A DNA stretch of 64,000 nucleotides, from positions 75,578,001-75,642,000 of the forward strand of contig OX597814.1 of NCBI GenBank assembly GCA_951406725.2, given 5' to 3'. The translations under genes and the position numbers were made by a program. A model generated the notes under the pieces. That model was not told the DNA's origin. It saw nothing but the letters and a program-made list of their open reading frames with translations, and ran no database searches. Source of the DNA: Octopus vulgaris. Lineage: Eukaryota. Of this stretch, positions 25,527 through 37,718 are shown piece by piece. Each line of letters starts with the position of its first letter. Within the stretch, counting starts at the first letter, position 1.

Positions 25527-25871
25527 GTGACATGTAAAAAGCACCATTCAAACATGGCCGATGCCAGTGCCACCTGACTGGCACCTGTGCCAGTGACATG
25601 TAAAAAGCACCGTTCGAGTGTGGCTGATGCCATTGCCACCTGACTGGCACCCGTGCTGGTGGCACTTAAAAAGCACCATTCGAGCATGGCTGATGCCAGT
25701 GCCACTTGACTGGCACCCACGCCGGTGGCATATAAAAAGTACCCACTACACTCTCGGAGTAGTTAGCATTAGGAAAGGCATCCAACTGTAGAAACCATGC
25801 CAGTTCTTGGTCAAGCCATCCAACCCATGCCAACATGGAAAGTAGACATTAAACGATGATGATGGTGATGA
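25527..25871 (+). mobile_element. RTE-type tail containing three tandem 66-bp units
   Basis: GCACC anchors at 25541, 25607 and 25673 and GTACC at 25739 (period 66), followed by the conserved tail ending ACATTAAACGATGATGATG. Confidence 0.85.
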
Positions 25872-26261
25872 AATTATCTTACTGAACAAAAGACTGACTG
25901 CAAACACTTAAGATTTAAATGCTTCACATACTTAGAATAAAATTCCAAGGAAATAACAAGAGTGATTAGTTAAGCATAGGCTACTTGTGTTGACTTGAAT
26001 CAATTCTAGTCGCAATATCATCCTCTGAGACAAACTCCTTATATGCTATATGCAATGGGAACATAGGATGAGCAGAGATATGCCATCTCATCTCCAGAAA
26101 GTGATGGGCTGTACCTGCTAGTGAACTGTTGGCAGAGCTATATAGTCAATGTATTTGCTGATTAACTGTTTCACCATGTTCTGCAGACGACCTCTGACAG
26201 ATTAAAAAAGAAATGGCAGTTGGACTTTAAACTAGTAATACCATGTGTAGTACAAAACAGT

Positions 26262-26436
26262 TGTTGTTTAACATCCGCTTTCCATGCTGGCATGGATGGT
26301 TTGACTGAGGGCTGGCATGCCAAAAGGCTGCACCAGGCTCCAATCCAATCTGGCAAAGTTTCTACAGCTGGATGCCATACCTAAATGGCAACCACTCTGA
26401 GAGTGTAGTGGGTGCTTTTTACGTGTCACCAGCACA
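26262..26436 (-). mobile_element. RTE-type tail fragment
   Basis: TTTAACATCCGCTTTCCATGCTGGCATGG..TTCTACAGCTGGATGCC..GAGTGTAGTGGGTGCTTTTTACGTG, same family as 653-830. Confidence 0.8.
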
Positions 26437-27797
26437 AGGATTTAGCTAAGTTCTTAATGTTTAATGAGAAGGGAAGGCTGTATACCACAGAATAGAGCAT
26501 CCACTTTTCTTGGGTGCTTAGGTGTAGTGCTATCTATATTTTTGGAGTGGGGTAGCATGGCCCGCTGTTTTATCAGTTTGATATATATATATATATATAT
26601 ATATATTAGATACAACACTTTCCAAAGTGCAATTTTTAGTAAAAATTTAATCTTCAAATGAAGAAATGGTCAGAATTTGACTCAGCTCTGCTAAATTAAT
26701 GTGAAAATCAAATATTTATGTAAGTAGCATATTGATCATACTTTGTATAAACTTATCTTTTAGAGCCAGCCACCAACCAGTTCAATATCTAATATGCAAA
26801 ATAGCTAATTACATTTTCAAATCTCAAACATGTAAATTAAGCACAATTTTTCAAAATTTTAACTGGGTCATATTCTTCAATAAGCCTAAAATGTTTTATG
26901 TTTGAATAGAATCATTAATGTATGTGTCAATAGTAACCCTCTGTTCCAATAAAATATATGCAAATTGTATAGCAGCTTCTCTCAACCATTTCCTCAAGTA
27001 TTGCAATTACGCAGTAGAATTTATAAGTAAAATATCCCAGATGGTTTAAATGACTGTTATTCTATTTAATGAAATTATTCTTAAAATCTTGACATGTGAT
27101 AATGTGCTCAAAGGCCTGGGCTATTACACGAGCAGATAGCATATAGCAGGCAAAAAAGTCCTTTTTGTGAAATTTTGTAAACAGTTTTGGTTTCCTTTGA
27201 AAAAGAGTGGACATACAAGAGAAGGCACATGTATCTTAGTTAAAATTTTATCAGGAATCTATCTTGAAGACTTGAACAGATATTTTGATATTCTGACACC
27301 TGATCAAAGGTCCTGATTTGGCAAATTAAAGGGAAATTGAACAGCCAAATATGTCTGAATTTCATATTGATGCAACATGTTAAGTTGTTCAGTAGTTTAA
27401 ACTAAAAGCATACACTTCTTTGTACTAAGTGTATAATCAATTTTTTGTAATACAGTAACATAAACAGGTCGATACAGGAAGGCAGAAAATGACAAACTGT
27501 GATGTCTGTTTCAGTCTTTGTAAGTGAAGCAAATTCAAATGTATCTCTTTAGTAATTTTGAAAGAAGAATGTTGCAGTAGGATGGTGGTATTATTCATTT
27601 GTAGCAATTTTTACAATGATGATGATGAATACTCATATGATACCTTTAAATTGCAAATATAATGTTGAAATGGTATGCTTGTAGTGATTTTTGCAAAAGA
27701 GAATTTTTGAAAAAAAATTGAGTTTATATTTTGTTTTTACTGATGCAGGTGATGATGGTTACTCACTTGAAATTGGTAGAATGCCTCAGTTGTTTAA

Positions 27798-28006
27798 CCC
27801 TTTAGCATTTAAACTGGCCATATCCAGCCAAAATATTCTATGTGTTTTAAGTTAAAACTGACCTGATTCAACCTCTCACACTTCCCCCTAAAATGTCTTT
27901 CTGAAAATATACAATAACAACAAGCTATAGGATAATGTCCAACAAATTCAAAGCAATGTGAATATATAAACAATAAACTGGACAAAGAAATCTGAATTCT
28001 AAAGGG
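27798..28006. mobile_element. piggyBac-type MITE (family P1)
   Basis: TTAA|CCCTTTAGCATT ... AATTCTAAAGGG|TTAA. Confidence 0.85.
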
Positions 28007-29079
28007 TTAAGGGCAAAAATTGAGTTGCTTTCTCACTGTTGGTTTTTCATGAATAACACATTCATGTGTACAGAATATAAGAAATTGATCTACATCTTAA
28101 TTATTAGATTAATATAATTATGGATATAATTTTTCACTGAGTATGATATCTTTTTTTTATCATGCCTTAGTAATAAAAATATTGCCATCATAGTGTCTAA
28201 GGGCTTGTTAGAAGTGTTGCTATACTGCATTGCAAAGTCACTGTGCTGCAGTACAGTACATATTAAATCAAATTTAAAGAAAGAAAGACTGAAAGAGGTT
28301 GATCAGAGAAAGAAAAAAAATTTTGGTACTCATTTAGCCAGTCTTCTGAGAATCCTTAATACAAAAGATTACATCAATATTTAACCTTACAAAAATATTT
28401 GTACTGGCCCCTATCTATTCCTTTGAACAGACCTAAATCAGATCAGCACTACACTTGACAATGCATAAGTTACTAGGTCACATGTGGGATTCCACTGAGG
28501 ATAATTAGAGCAATGGACTTAGTCAGCTTGATGAATCTGGTTTGAATGAATCAGATTGTTCAGAAGATTCAAGATACATTTAAATAAAAATAAAGGCCTG
28601 ACTAAAAATTTGAAATGTCTAAACCCGGGCCCACTGTGTAGCATAAAGAGCAACTTGTGAAGTATTCAAAAACAATTTTTTCAAAATCTAGAACAGTTAA
28701 TCAAAACGTGCTCCAATATGGAAAAAAAAAAAAAGGACAGTTTTCAGAGTTACAAATAAAGAGCAAAATGAATAAATACTAAGGCATAAGCCACTAATTT
28801 CAAAGGCTGGCAAAAAATATACGAAATACACAATATAATGAAATTAAAATAGCAAATTCATACCTAATTTAAAAAAAAAAAAAAAAATTGCAAATTCTAT
28901 CAAAAGTGTGTGTGTGTGCATGCACACATGTACATGTGTCTGACATTTCTCATATACATATATGTTATACCTGATGTAACATCAATGTCTGAATCGACGT
29001 AGACTGTAATACTGAGCCCAACTTGCATGGAACCTTGTACATAGTTCATAGCTGACATTAACAAGAGGTTAACTATTAC

Positions 29080-29132
<53 letters not shown>

Positions 29133-29525
29133 CTAGCAGTATCACCCGGCATTGCTCGGGTTTATAAGGGAAATAACTATATAAGCATTTTTAGATATGT
29201 AAAGTATAATAACCATCTCAATATGGCTAACCACAAAGGGGGGTGTTACTGTAGCTTTTTATGTCCTGAGATTTAATAATACATTTTTAGAGAGTTACTT
29301 CCCTTATATAAACCGAGCGAAAATGCATTAAAAATGCGGAAAAATTATGGTAAATTTTTTTTTAAATCGTAGACTCATCGTAGACGCGCACTAATACCCA
29401 GAGGGCTTGATATGAATCACGACTATAAGATACTCGCTTTTGGTTAAACTGCACCGCAAAATGTGGGAATAGTTAGGAATCTAAATTGGTGGAGACAGAC
29501 ACAACTACATTTTTATATATAAAGA
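29133..29525 (-). mobile_element. Non-autonomous Helitron with both ends
   Basis: The minus strand starts A|TCTTTATATATAAAA and ends with the hairpin CCCGAGCAATGCCGGG about 12 nt before the terminal CTAG|T. No TSD; inserted at an AT dinucleotide next to (TA)n. Confidence 0.8.
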
Positions 29526-30205
29526 TATATAAAACAAAGCATGTGTGTGTGTGTAGTACGTATGCATTTCTACAGTTTTCAATCCATTTTCACCAAACTT
29601 TACATACACATTACTTATGTGACAAGGTTTGTCAAGCACAATAACATTTTGCCCAAAGCTCCTGTGTAAAGCGAGAAACCGTGAAAAAGTGTTTTACATG
29701 GGTTTTTCTCAAAAAACCTCTGCAGTTTTCAACTGATTCTCTGTGTTTATTTCTCAGTTCTCTCTTTTTTTCTCATTCTCTGTTTCTCTTGCTTACACAT
29801 ATTCTCTCTCACCCTCTGTAACAGCTCCTCTCTTTTAGTTTGTCTGTCTCTTTCTTTCACTCACTCACTCTCTCTTTCTCTCAAACTCACTCACACTAAA
29901 TTCAGTCTCCAAACTGACTTCAGTGTATTTCAATTCTGTCGTATGTAAATATCATTGTCTTTACAGTATTTGTACAGTCACCCTACATTATTTCACTTAG
30001 TTTAAATTTTTTGCACTATTTATATATCTCCCTCTATCAAAAAATGTTGTGAATGTGATCATGCATGCATATGCATGACAGCCATGGGCCACATACAGCT
30101 GATAAGCCTTTATTACTAACCAATGAGATTTCAACCATGCCACTGTGTGGTCATGCATTAGAAGAAGCTGTCCTACAGTGGCTCAAATTTTTTCGCTCAA
30201 GCTTT

Positions 30206-30262
30206 TTTTGGAGAAAAATCTATCATTTGTTATCATAACAAATGATAGATTTTTCTCCAAAA
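30206..30262. repeat. Perfect palindrome, 28-bp arms with a 1-nt spacer
   Basis: TTTTGGAGAAAAATCTATCATTTGTTAT-C-ATAACAAATGATAGATTTTTCTCCAAAA. Confidence 0.95.
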
Positions 30263-31000
30263 TTAATAAATATTAGATTTATAATTTCTCCTTTAATCCA
30301 ACGTATCAAAATAATCAGCACCTACTAACTAAGTTTAAAGCTGATGTACATAAGTATAAAAGAATCTCTGTATTCTCTATAGCTTTTTGGTATATAAGTG
30401 GTTATTTTGACCATCTAGCATTGACCTAGTTTTCTTGATACAAAATCTGTTTGCCAAATAGCGGTAAACAGCTTCTAGGGCATTTTAACCCCCTCTCTAC
30501 TTTAATTTCTTTAAGAATAACTTCTGACATTTATTTCACCCCTATTTCTATAAATAGAAAATCTCTCTTGTCTCCATTCAACTGAATATATTTCCCCACC
30601 TTCTACCAGTTCAAAATAACTTAAAGAATATTCTTTAGTCAGAAGATAAATTCTACTACCTTAATGTTCTTAAAATTTAAATCTGAAATTCAAAGGTATA
30701 TAGACATCTCTGTCTATATACCTACCCTCTCTATAATGTTTTCAATTATTATGAAAATATGTATTAATGGAAAACCTCTATAAATTGGCTGATGATTGCT
30801 CAACATTTTAAAACTGTTGTAATACTTACAATGTTTAATAAAATGATGTAGTGTGAAACGATCGTACCAAATTACCGAAGATATTCTTGTTGCTTATTTT
30901 GATTATAATTACCCCCATGGATTTATATGGATAACACCATACAAAATTCTGGTGCATCTAACTTAAGTACCATATTCATTTGAATCTAAATTTTACTGAA

Positions 31001-31048
<48 letters not shown>

Positions 31049-31052
<4 letters not shown>

Positions 31053-31705
31053 ATCCAAACATGAACAAGCAAGAAAAAACAACAACGTGAGGACGTGGAA
31101 TAAGTACAGTGTTATTGAACACTCAGGAAAGGAAAGAAAAGAAAAGAAAAGAAAGAGGATTTCACATTTCGAGTGGAGCTCTTTGTCAGAAATATAGAAA
31201 AAGTCCAAAGAAGGGAAGATGGAGAAAAAAAATTGCCAACAATACACACATGACCACATATTGAAAATGTTTTTTTTTTAAAGGCAACAAAAGGAGAAAA
31301 GTGGAAGTAGAAAGAAAGAAGAAAGGTAAAAGGAGGATGGGAAAAAATGGAAGTAACGGACAAATTGTGATGATTTCCAATCATGATTAGAGTGGCGTAA
31401 TCCGAATGAATGGTAACAGTAATCTGAAGGTATAAGAATTCCAGGAATTAGTTACTCCAAAGTCAGTTAGAAGGCCGGGGTCTGTGTGAGCATGCAGTAT
31501 ATATAGTTAATCCAAACATGAACAAGCAAGAAAAAACAACGCGAGGACGTGGAATAAATACAGTGTTATTGGACGCTCAGGAAAGGAAAGAAAAGAATGA
31601 AGATTTCATATTTCGAGTGGAGCTCTTTGTCAGAAATATAGAAAAAGTCCAAAGAAGGGAAGACGGAGAAAGAAAATTGCCAACGATACACATGCGGTCA
31701 CATAC
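31049..31705 (-). mobile_element. Direct-repeat pair (~200 bp at 31049 and 31506) with hammerhead-like motifs; probable non-autonomous PLE
   Basis: Both repeats begin GTTAATCCAAACATGAACAAGCAAG after TA runs. On the minus strand each has ATTT-CTGACAA-A-GAGCTCCACTC-GAAATRTG-AAAT (31159-31193 and 31603-31637). Confidence 0.6.
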
Positions 31706-31833
31706 ATGCATATGTGGGTACAGGACGTTACCAACTGTATAAACATGAAGTACGAAAACGAATGAGTTAAATATGCAAACAGCGAGAGAGCAAAATGGAA
31801 AACAGGACAAGTAACATATACAGATATATATAT

Positions 31834-31925
31834 ACAGATATACATACATATATATTACAGATATACATACATATATATTACAGATATACATACATATATA
31901 TTACAGATATACATACATATATATT
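31834..31925. repeat. 23-bp minisatellite, 4 copies
   Basis: (ACAGATATACATACATATATATT)4. Confidence 0.9.
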
Positions 31926-31993
31926 ACAGATATATATATATATCATCATCATCGTTTAACGTCCGTTCTCCATGCTAGCATGGGTATATATAT

Positions 31994-32058
31994 ACTATAG
32001 CCTCAGGCCAACCAAAGCCTTGTGAATGGATTTGGTCAACGGAAACTGAAAGAAGCTG

Positions 32059-32110
<52 letters not shown>

Positions 32111-32329
32111 GTGTGTGTGTGTGTGTGTACCTGTACCTGCATTTGTACCTGTGCCATCACTTGACAACTGATGTTGGTGTTTTTATGTCCCTGTAACTTA
32201 GTGGTTCGGCACTAGAGACCTATAGAATAAGTACTAAGCTTACAAAGAATAAATTCTGGTGTTGATTTATTCAACTAAAGGCGGTGCTCCAGGATGGCAG
32301 CAGTCAAATGGCAGAAACAGGTAAAAAAA
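31994..32329 (+). mobile_element. 5'-truncated SINE family A, preceded by an inverted RTE-tail stub (31943-31985)
   Basis: ACTATAGCCTCAGGCCAACCAAAGCCTTGTG..GGAAACTGAAAGAAGC, (TA)n(TG)n, tail ..GGCGGTGCTCCAG..GCAGTCAAATG. Confidence 0.85.
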
Positions 32330-32461
32330 CTATGCCATTTTAATCCCAAGAAATGCTGGGTATCTCTACTAGTAACCTAATAAAATAAATTTGATTACAT
32401 GTTTTATATCAGATTTAAAAGGAAACTCAGTCAGTCCAAGCAGCATCACATAATTTTTCTC

Positions 32462-32580
32462 AAGGTACTAAGCTGGTAGAATCGTTATCAGGCCAGGTAA
32501 AATTTTTAGTGACATTTCATCTGTCATGACATTCTGAGTTCAAATTCTATCAAGGTCAACTTTGCCTTTCATCCTCTAGT
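32462..32580 (+). mobile_element. SINE family B fragment
   Basis: CTGAGTTCAAATTC..GGTCAACTTTGCCTTTCATCCT. Confidence 0.65.
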
Positions 32581-33185
32581 CAGTTGTGTTATACTTTTTT
32601 GTTTTATATCTTTTTTGCTCAAAATATTGGACTAATTTACATAACTACTTTAAAGGAATTATTTTTCTAATTAGTAAATTTTTATAACCTTCATTACTGT
32701 ACCAGGGATAGGAACTTAAATGAAAAAAATTCTTTTAAAAACACTACACAGCTTATGACATTCCCCTTGAACAGACTGTTGCTAAAAACTTGGACCATAT
32801 ATACAGACTTTCACTTTTTTTATATTATGATGATAACACCATTGTTTCTTCCAGTTTCTAATGTATTTACCATCTGGTAAGCTGTAAATTAAAATGTCTG
32901 CTGAGTACCTGGGAAACTTTTGAAAGCTGGTGCTTTAGTCTTCATTTCATAGTACTGAATGAAAAACCAAACTTCCCTGGATAGGATATTAATCTATTAC
33001 AAGTAATTTTCTCAGATCTAACATAAGTAAACATAAGAAAATACAGGATAAAGTGCCCTCTCTAAAAATAACACAATGTCTGCAGCAGATTACAAATTAT
33101 AATCCATGAGCACAAAATCTGCTCAACCATCCTGCCTCCATATTTAAGGAGTGGATGAAATAATTATCAAATGATTCATCTAAAT

Positions 33186-33519
33186 CATAGGTCCTCAAAG
33201 TGGGCACTGCAAAGTGGGCGTTGAGCCAGTCCAGATAGAGTAAAAGGAGGCGTTGGGAGGAAGGCAGTGAATTGGGGTACGCTATGAATTTATTATAATA
33301 TTATTAAAGTATTGTATACAAATTATATAGTATAGATAATATAAATATTATATAATATAAATATTATATAATATAAATATTACAGGATTCATAGTATATA
33401 TAAATTAGTAAAATATAAAATATTTATTTATACATAAAAATACGGGTGGGGGCGCTGAGGGTATTATGTGACCATGAGTGGGGGCGGGGGCAATTGTCCC
33501 AAAAGTTTGAGAACCTCTG
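33186..33519. mobile_element. hAT-type MITE with an 8-bp TSD
   Basis: TIRs CATAGGTCCTCAAA / TTTGAGAACCTCTG; identical flanking ATCTAAAT at 33178-33185 and 33520-33527. Confidence 0.9.
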
Positions 33520-35133
33520 ATCTAAATCAACAAAAAAGAACAAAAGCAAGATCTTGTCTTTTCTACTAAGAAGAGTAAGTTTAATGGCATGTGACAAGTA
33601 TGGCTGACCCTTTAGATATTTTCAAACTGAAAAGTAATAAGAAAAAGAATCAAAATTATTTTTAACAGATACTAGGTTCATAAAATTTGTATTGTATACT
33701 TTCAATAAATATATAACAGAAACATTTTTAGAGTGCGTATGGTCATCTTCGAACTATAATTTCTATGTCAAAGAAATATCTTTATAAGATGTTGGTCATC
33801 ACTCATTATTGACTACAAGTCTTCATCATGTGGATGCCCCTATAAGATTCCATTTAAACTGGTGGCACAGCAAATATTTTATGCAACAGCATACTTCCTG
33901 TCTTGATTATGAATTCTTTCTGTTACAGCTCTATTATCCACACATAGTAGACTGCAGATAATGATGAATTAGCCTAAACAGAATTTGGACTGAGTAATGT
34001 AAACTAACAAACCACTTATCAAATCGGATTACAAAGACAAGCCACTCCTCTGCAAGGGCTCGATCCCAGTCAAGTTGAAGAATTCAATGCTTTTCTTCAG
34101 AACATATTGTGGAACTAGTTGTGGGATAAAATTGCCTTCAGCCAAAGGAACAACAATTCATCAACTCAGCTACCAAAATACTCTCATTCAAAGAAACAAT
34201 TGTCAATTCATGAAAAAAAAAAGATACCCAATTTGTACAAACATGATAGCAAAAACAAAAATGTTATATAAAACATTTTCTTAATAATTTTTTTTTTCAT
34301 TTGATATTAATACATTTCTATTTAGCTAATTATGAAACATTTTTTTATTATAATTACATGCAGATACAATTAAAATAAAAATTTACAGCTCAAAGCAGTT
34401 GATAGTCAGTTTTTCATTCCAACAGAATTATATAAACTAACTATCAATGAAGAATATACTAAAAATTCAAGCCAAACAATTTAACCAATCAACATCTTCA
34501 ATAATGGAGTAACATTAAATGGAAAATGCAGAATATGACCCGAGGTGATGAGAACACTTTTAATGGTATCAAAATCTATCAATACTGATTTTTTTTTTTT
34601 TTAACAACATTGTCTCATTTTAAGCTTGGGATTTTAAAATTTTATGAAAGACATACACAGTATAAAAACTTTTTTCATCTAATTAAAATTTAATATTTTC
34701 TAAAATCTTATTCTGAAATGGCATTACCAAGTTGAATTACACTTATCAAAATACTTCATATTTTATGGTAAATTTAACAGACATGGAAATTTTTATTAAC
34801 TAATAGTAATGGGTTTAAATTTTCATCAGTTTTGTTGATACAAACTATGTAATTATAAAAAAACAAAAAAGGAACAATTACTGGGACAGTGGTACAGATA
34901 TGTATTAATAATTCTCAAAATGCACTGCTAAACCCACATATTTATTTTAAAGCAATGTTTTACCCGACTTCCACTTCTATGTGTATACAAAAACACTTCA
35001 TGAATTTTGAAAAATCTGCTAACCCATTAACTACCAAAACTCTCAAATGAAAATAAGCTCAGCTGTAATTACTTATTTCAAACTGTGGGACCATTAAAAA
35101 TCATAGATTTTTACATGAAACTCCACCAACCCT

Positions 35134-35500
35134 ACATCATCATTTAATATCTGTTTTCCAGGCTGGCATAGGTTGGATAATTTGATAGGAGCTGGCCAGC
35201 TGAAGAGCTGGCTGGGCTCCACACCTGTTTTGGCATTATTTCTACCAACCACTTTACAGAATGTACTGGATGCTTTTACATGACACTGGGATAAGTGCTT
35301 TCTACATGGCACTAGCACCCACAAGCCTGCAAGGTTAGGATCGCTTAGCTGAAGAGGGATGCAGGGGACATGCTGTATGCAAGGATGACCATGATTTTAC
35401 TTAGCTTGATGTGTCTTCTCAAGCACAGGAAACTGCCATGAGTCATGATCCTTTGTCATCCATCAGCCCCACTGTGAGGCCCTACCTGTGAAGATCTTAC
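35134..35500 (-). mobile_element. RTE LINE 3' end (last codons plus 3' UTR and tail)
   Basis: The minus strand encodes ..MTKDHDSWQFPVLEKTHQAK* followed by a decayed version of the shared tail ending GATGATG. Confidence 0.65.
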
Positions 35501-35654
35501 CTGTGGTATATTTGTGTATGTGTGTGTAAATGTATATAAGCATATATACACACACGTGTCACAGTCTGCAGTATATAGAGATATAAAAGTAAAAGACATA
35601 AGTGTGTAATGGGACAATTTCCATGGTCATAATCCTCTTGACAGCTGTCCTATA

Positions 35655-36770
35655 ATTTTACCAGAAATCCAATCTGGTTACTAAGTCAGGAGAGGAGCAA
35701 TGAACATAATTTTCTCAGCAAGGCAATTTCATTAGAAATATATAGAACATCAAGTCCCATTCTATCGGGTATTTGCTGATCTTACCAAAGTCTTTAATAC
35801 ACTCAACAGAGAGGCTTTGTGGCGATCCTCCATAAACTTGGATGTCCATCAAAATCTGTGCACATGTTTAAATAACTGCACAACAATATGAAAGCCAGAG
35901 TTGCAGTTAATGGAGAGCTTTCAGAAGAGATTGCAATAAACAATGCAGTAAAACAGGGAGACATTCTAACACCAACATTATTTTCAATATATTTCATTAC
36001 ACTGCCTTTCAAGCTGTGATAAAGATGTTCAAATAAAATTTCAAACCTCAGGAAATATTTTCAACTAATGGTTTCTTTAGTAAACCAAAGACTTTTCAGA
36101 ATTTTAGAAAACTTTTGTATAAAGCTAACTTCACAGCATGTATAAAAGAAGATATGCAGGTCTTAATGGACCTGCATATTGAATGTGATGTCTTTGACAT
36201 TAAGTTTTAAAAAAGACCAAGGTTATGTTCATGCCAGTACCTGATGAACACTATGTGGAACCTAATCTCTATGTGAAAAACACATGGTTAGGAATGGTGA
36301 ATGGATTTCCACACTTGGAAATTGAGCTATCAAGAGATGATAGCTGGTATTTTAAAATTATACTAAGAATCAAAAAAGCAAGAACAGTATCCAGCAAACT
36401 TGATAAGAGGTTAGATAGAAGTATTACAGCTCACACAAAAATCAGTGTTTACAAAACATGCATACAGACAACATTCTTGTATACATTTAAGACTTGGACT
36501 ACTCATAGTAGGCATGTAAAAATGCTTGAGAGATTCCATCAAAAATGCCTCAGAATATTGAAGGTAAACTGGGAAGATTTGCTGTCAGATACTACTTTAG
36601 AGGGCTAGCTCTGTATCTACTAAGTTGCACTTAGTTAAAAAGTCAACTGTAATGAGTAGGGCACTGTGTGGGTATGTCAGATGTGAGACCTTTCAAGTAG
36701 TTATTTTATGGAGAGTTACAACTTAGAAAACAACCACAACATAAGCTAAAGAAATACAAGAGTCATCTCT
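35655..36770 (+). pseudogene. RTE-clade LINE reverse transcriptase remnant
   Basis: LPEIQSGY*VRRGAMNIIFSARQFH*KYIEHQVPFYRVFADLTKVFNTLNREALW; AVKQGDILTPTLFSIYF; TKISVYKTCIQTTFLY..TWT..SRHVKMLERFHQKCLRIL..W.D (ORF 36225-36608); LFYGEL. Confidence 0.9.
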
Positions 36771-36858
36771 GAATATATGGACATTATGGAAATTAATTGA
36801 GATGGCTATCATCTGCCAAGACAAAGTACTTATGCATGTATGCATATATACATGTATT

Positions 36859-37060
36859 GGCACAAGCATAGCTACATAGTTAAGTGGTTAAGAAGTTCAC
36901 TTCTCAACCATGTGATTTCATGTTCAGTTCCATAGCACAGCACTTCAGGTATGTGTCTTCTACTATAGACTCTTGTCAACTGAAAACTTGGGTGGATTTT
37001 TGTGGGCAGAAACTGAAAGTGTGTGTGTGTGTGTACGTGCGCATGCACTTGTCTGTGCAT
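36859..37060 (+). mobile_element. Degenerate SINE family A
   Basis: GTGGTTAAGAAGTTCACTTCTCAACCA..GTTCAGTTCCA..TGTCTTCTACTATAG..GAAACTGAAAG(TG)n. Confidence 0.65.
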
Positions 37061-37718
37061 GCTAACATTTGCACTTCACTGGAAATCCCTTTGGTGGTGA
37101 AGTTATCATTTCCCCAGTCAAAAATCATCCACTGGTTTTGCACCTTTGAAGACAAATGGAATAAAAGACCCCTTGCTTGGAAAACAGTAAAAGCTAGCAA
37201 CAAGAAGCATATCAGCTTAATACAATACCTTAGTATATATTCATTTAACCCACACTAGTATGGGAAAACAGACAAAGACAAATGAACAAGATATACACAC
37301 TTCTCTTACAATCCCCATGAGTTTTGAATAAAATCATAAACTATACATATATTGCCAGTAGTTTATATGTCTGAAAAAGAAGCACACTCTAAAGCATTAG
37401 AGCAGCAATATATTTAAGAAATTAAAAGTTATGGCTGGTCATAGGGAGAACAAAGGTTTTGCACCTGCTAAGAGCTTTATAGGTGTGAAACCAATGGTCA
37501 CTCTATGACCAGCCATAATTTTTAACTTCCTAAGTAGATAAATAAAGATGTACTTGCATAGCAAGTGACCTGATCCAAGATCGTGTGCTGGAATGAAAAC
37601 AATTACAGTGTGGAAGGTGTTTATAAGCCATTTAAAACACACAAAAACCATTTTCGTTGCTTTGAGAATGCAACATGTTCACTGACAAAATTCTGTACTG
37701 CTTTTATATATATATATA

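Larger units (their letters stand above)
29527..32372 (+). mobile_element. Putative larger Helitron with nested insertions (ends inferred)
   Basis: The 5' part ATATAAAA..(TG)n..ATTTTCACCAAACTTTAC is Helitron-like. A 3' hairpin CCCAAGAAATGCTGGG followed by CTAG|T lies at 32345-32373. That the two ends belong to one element is inferred. Confidence 0.4.
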
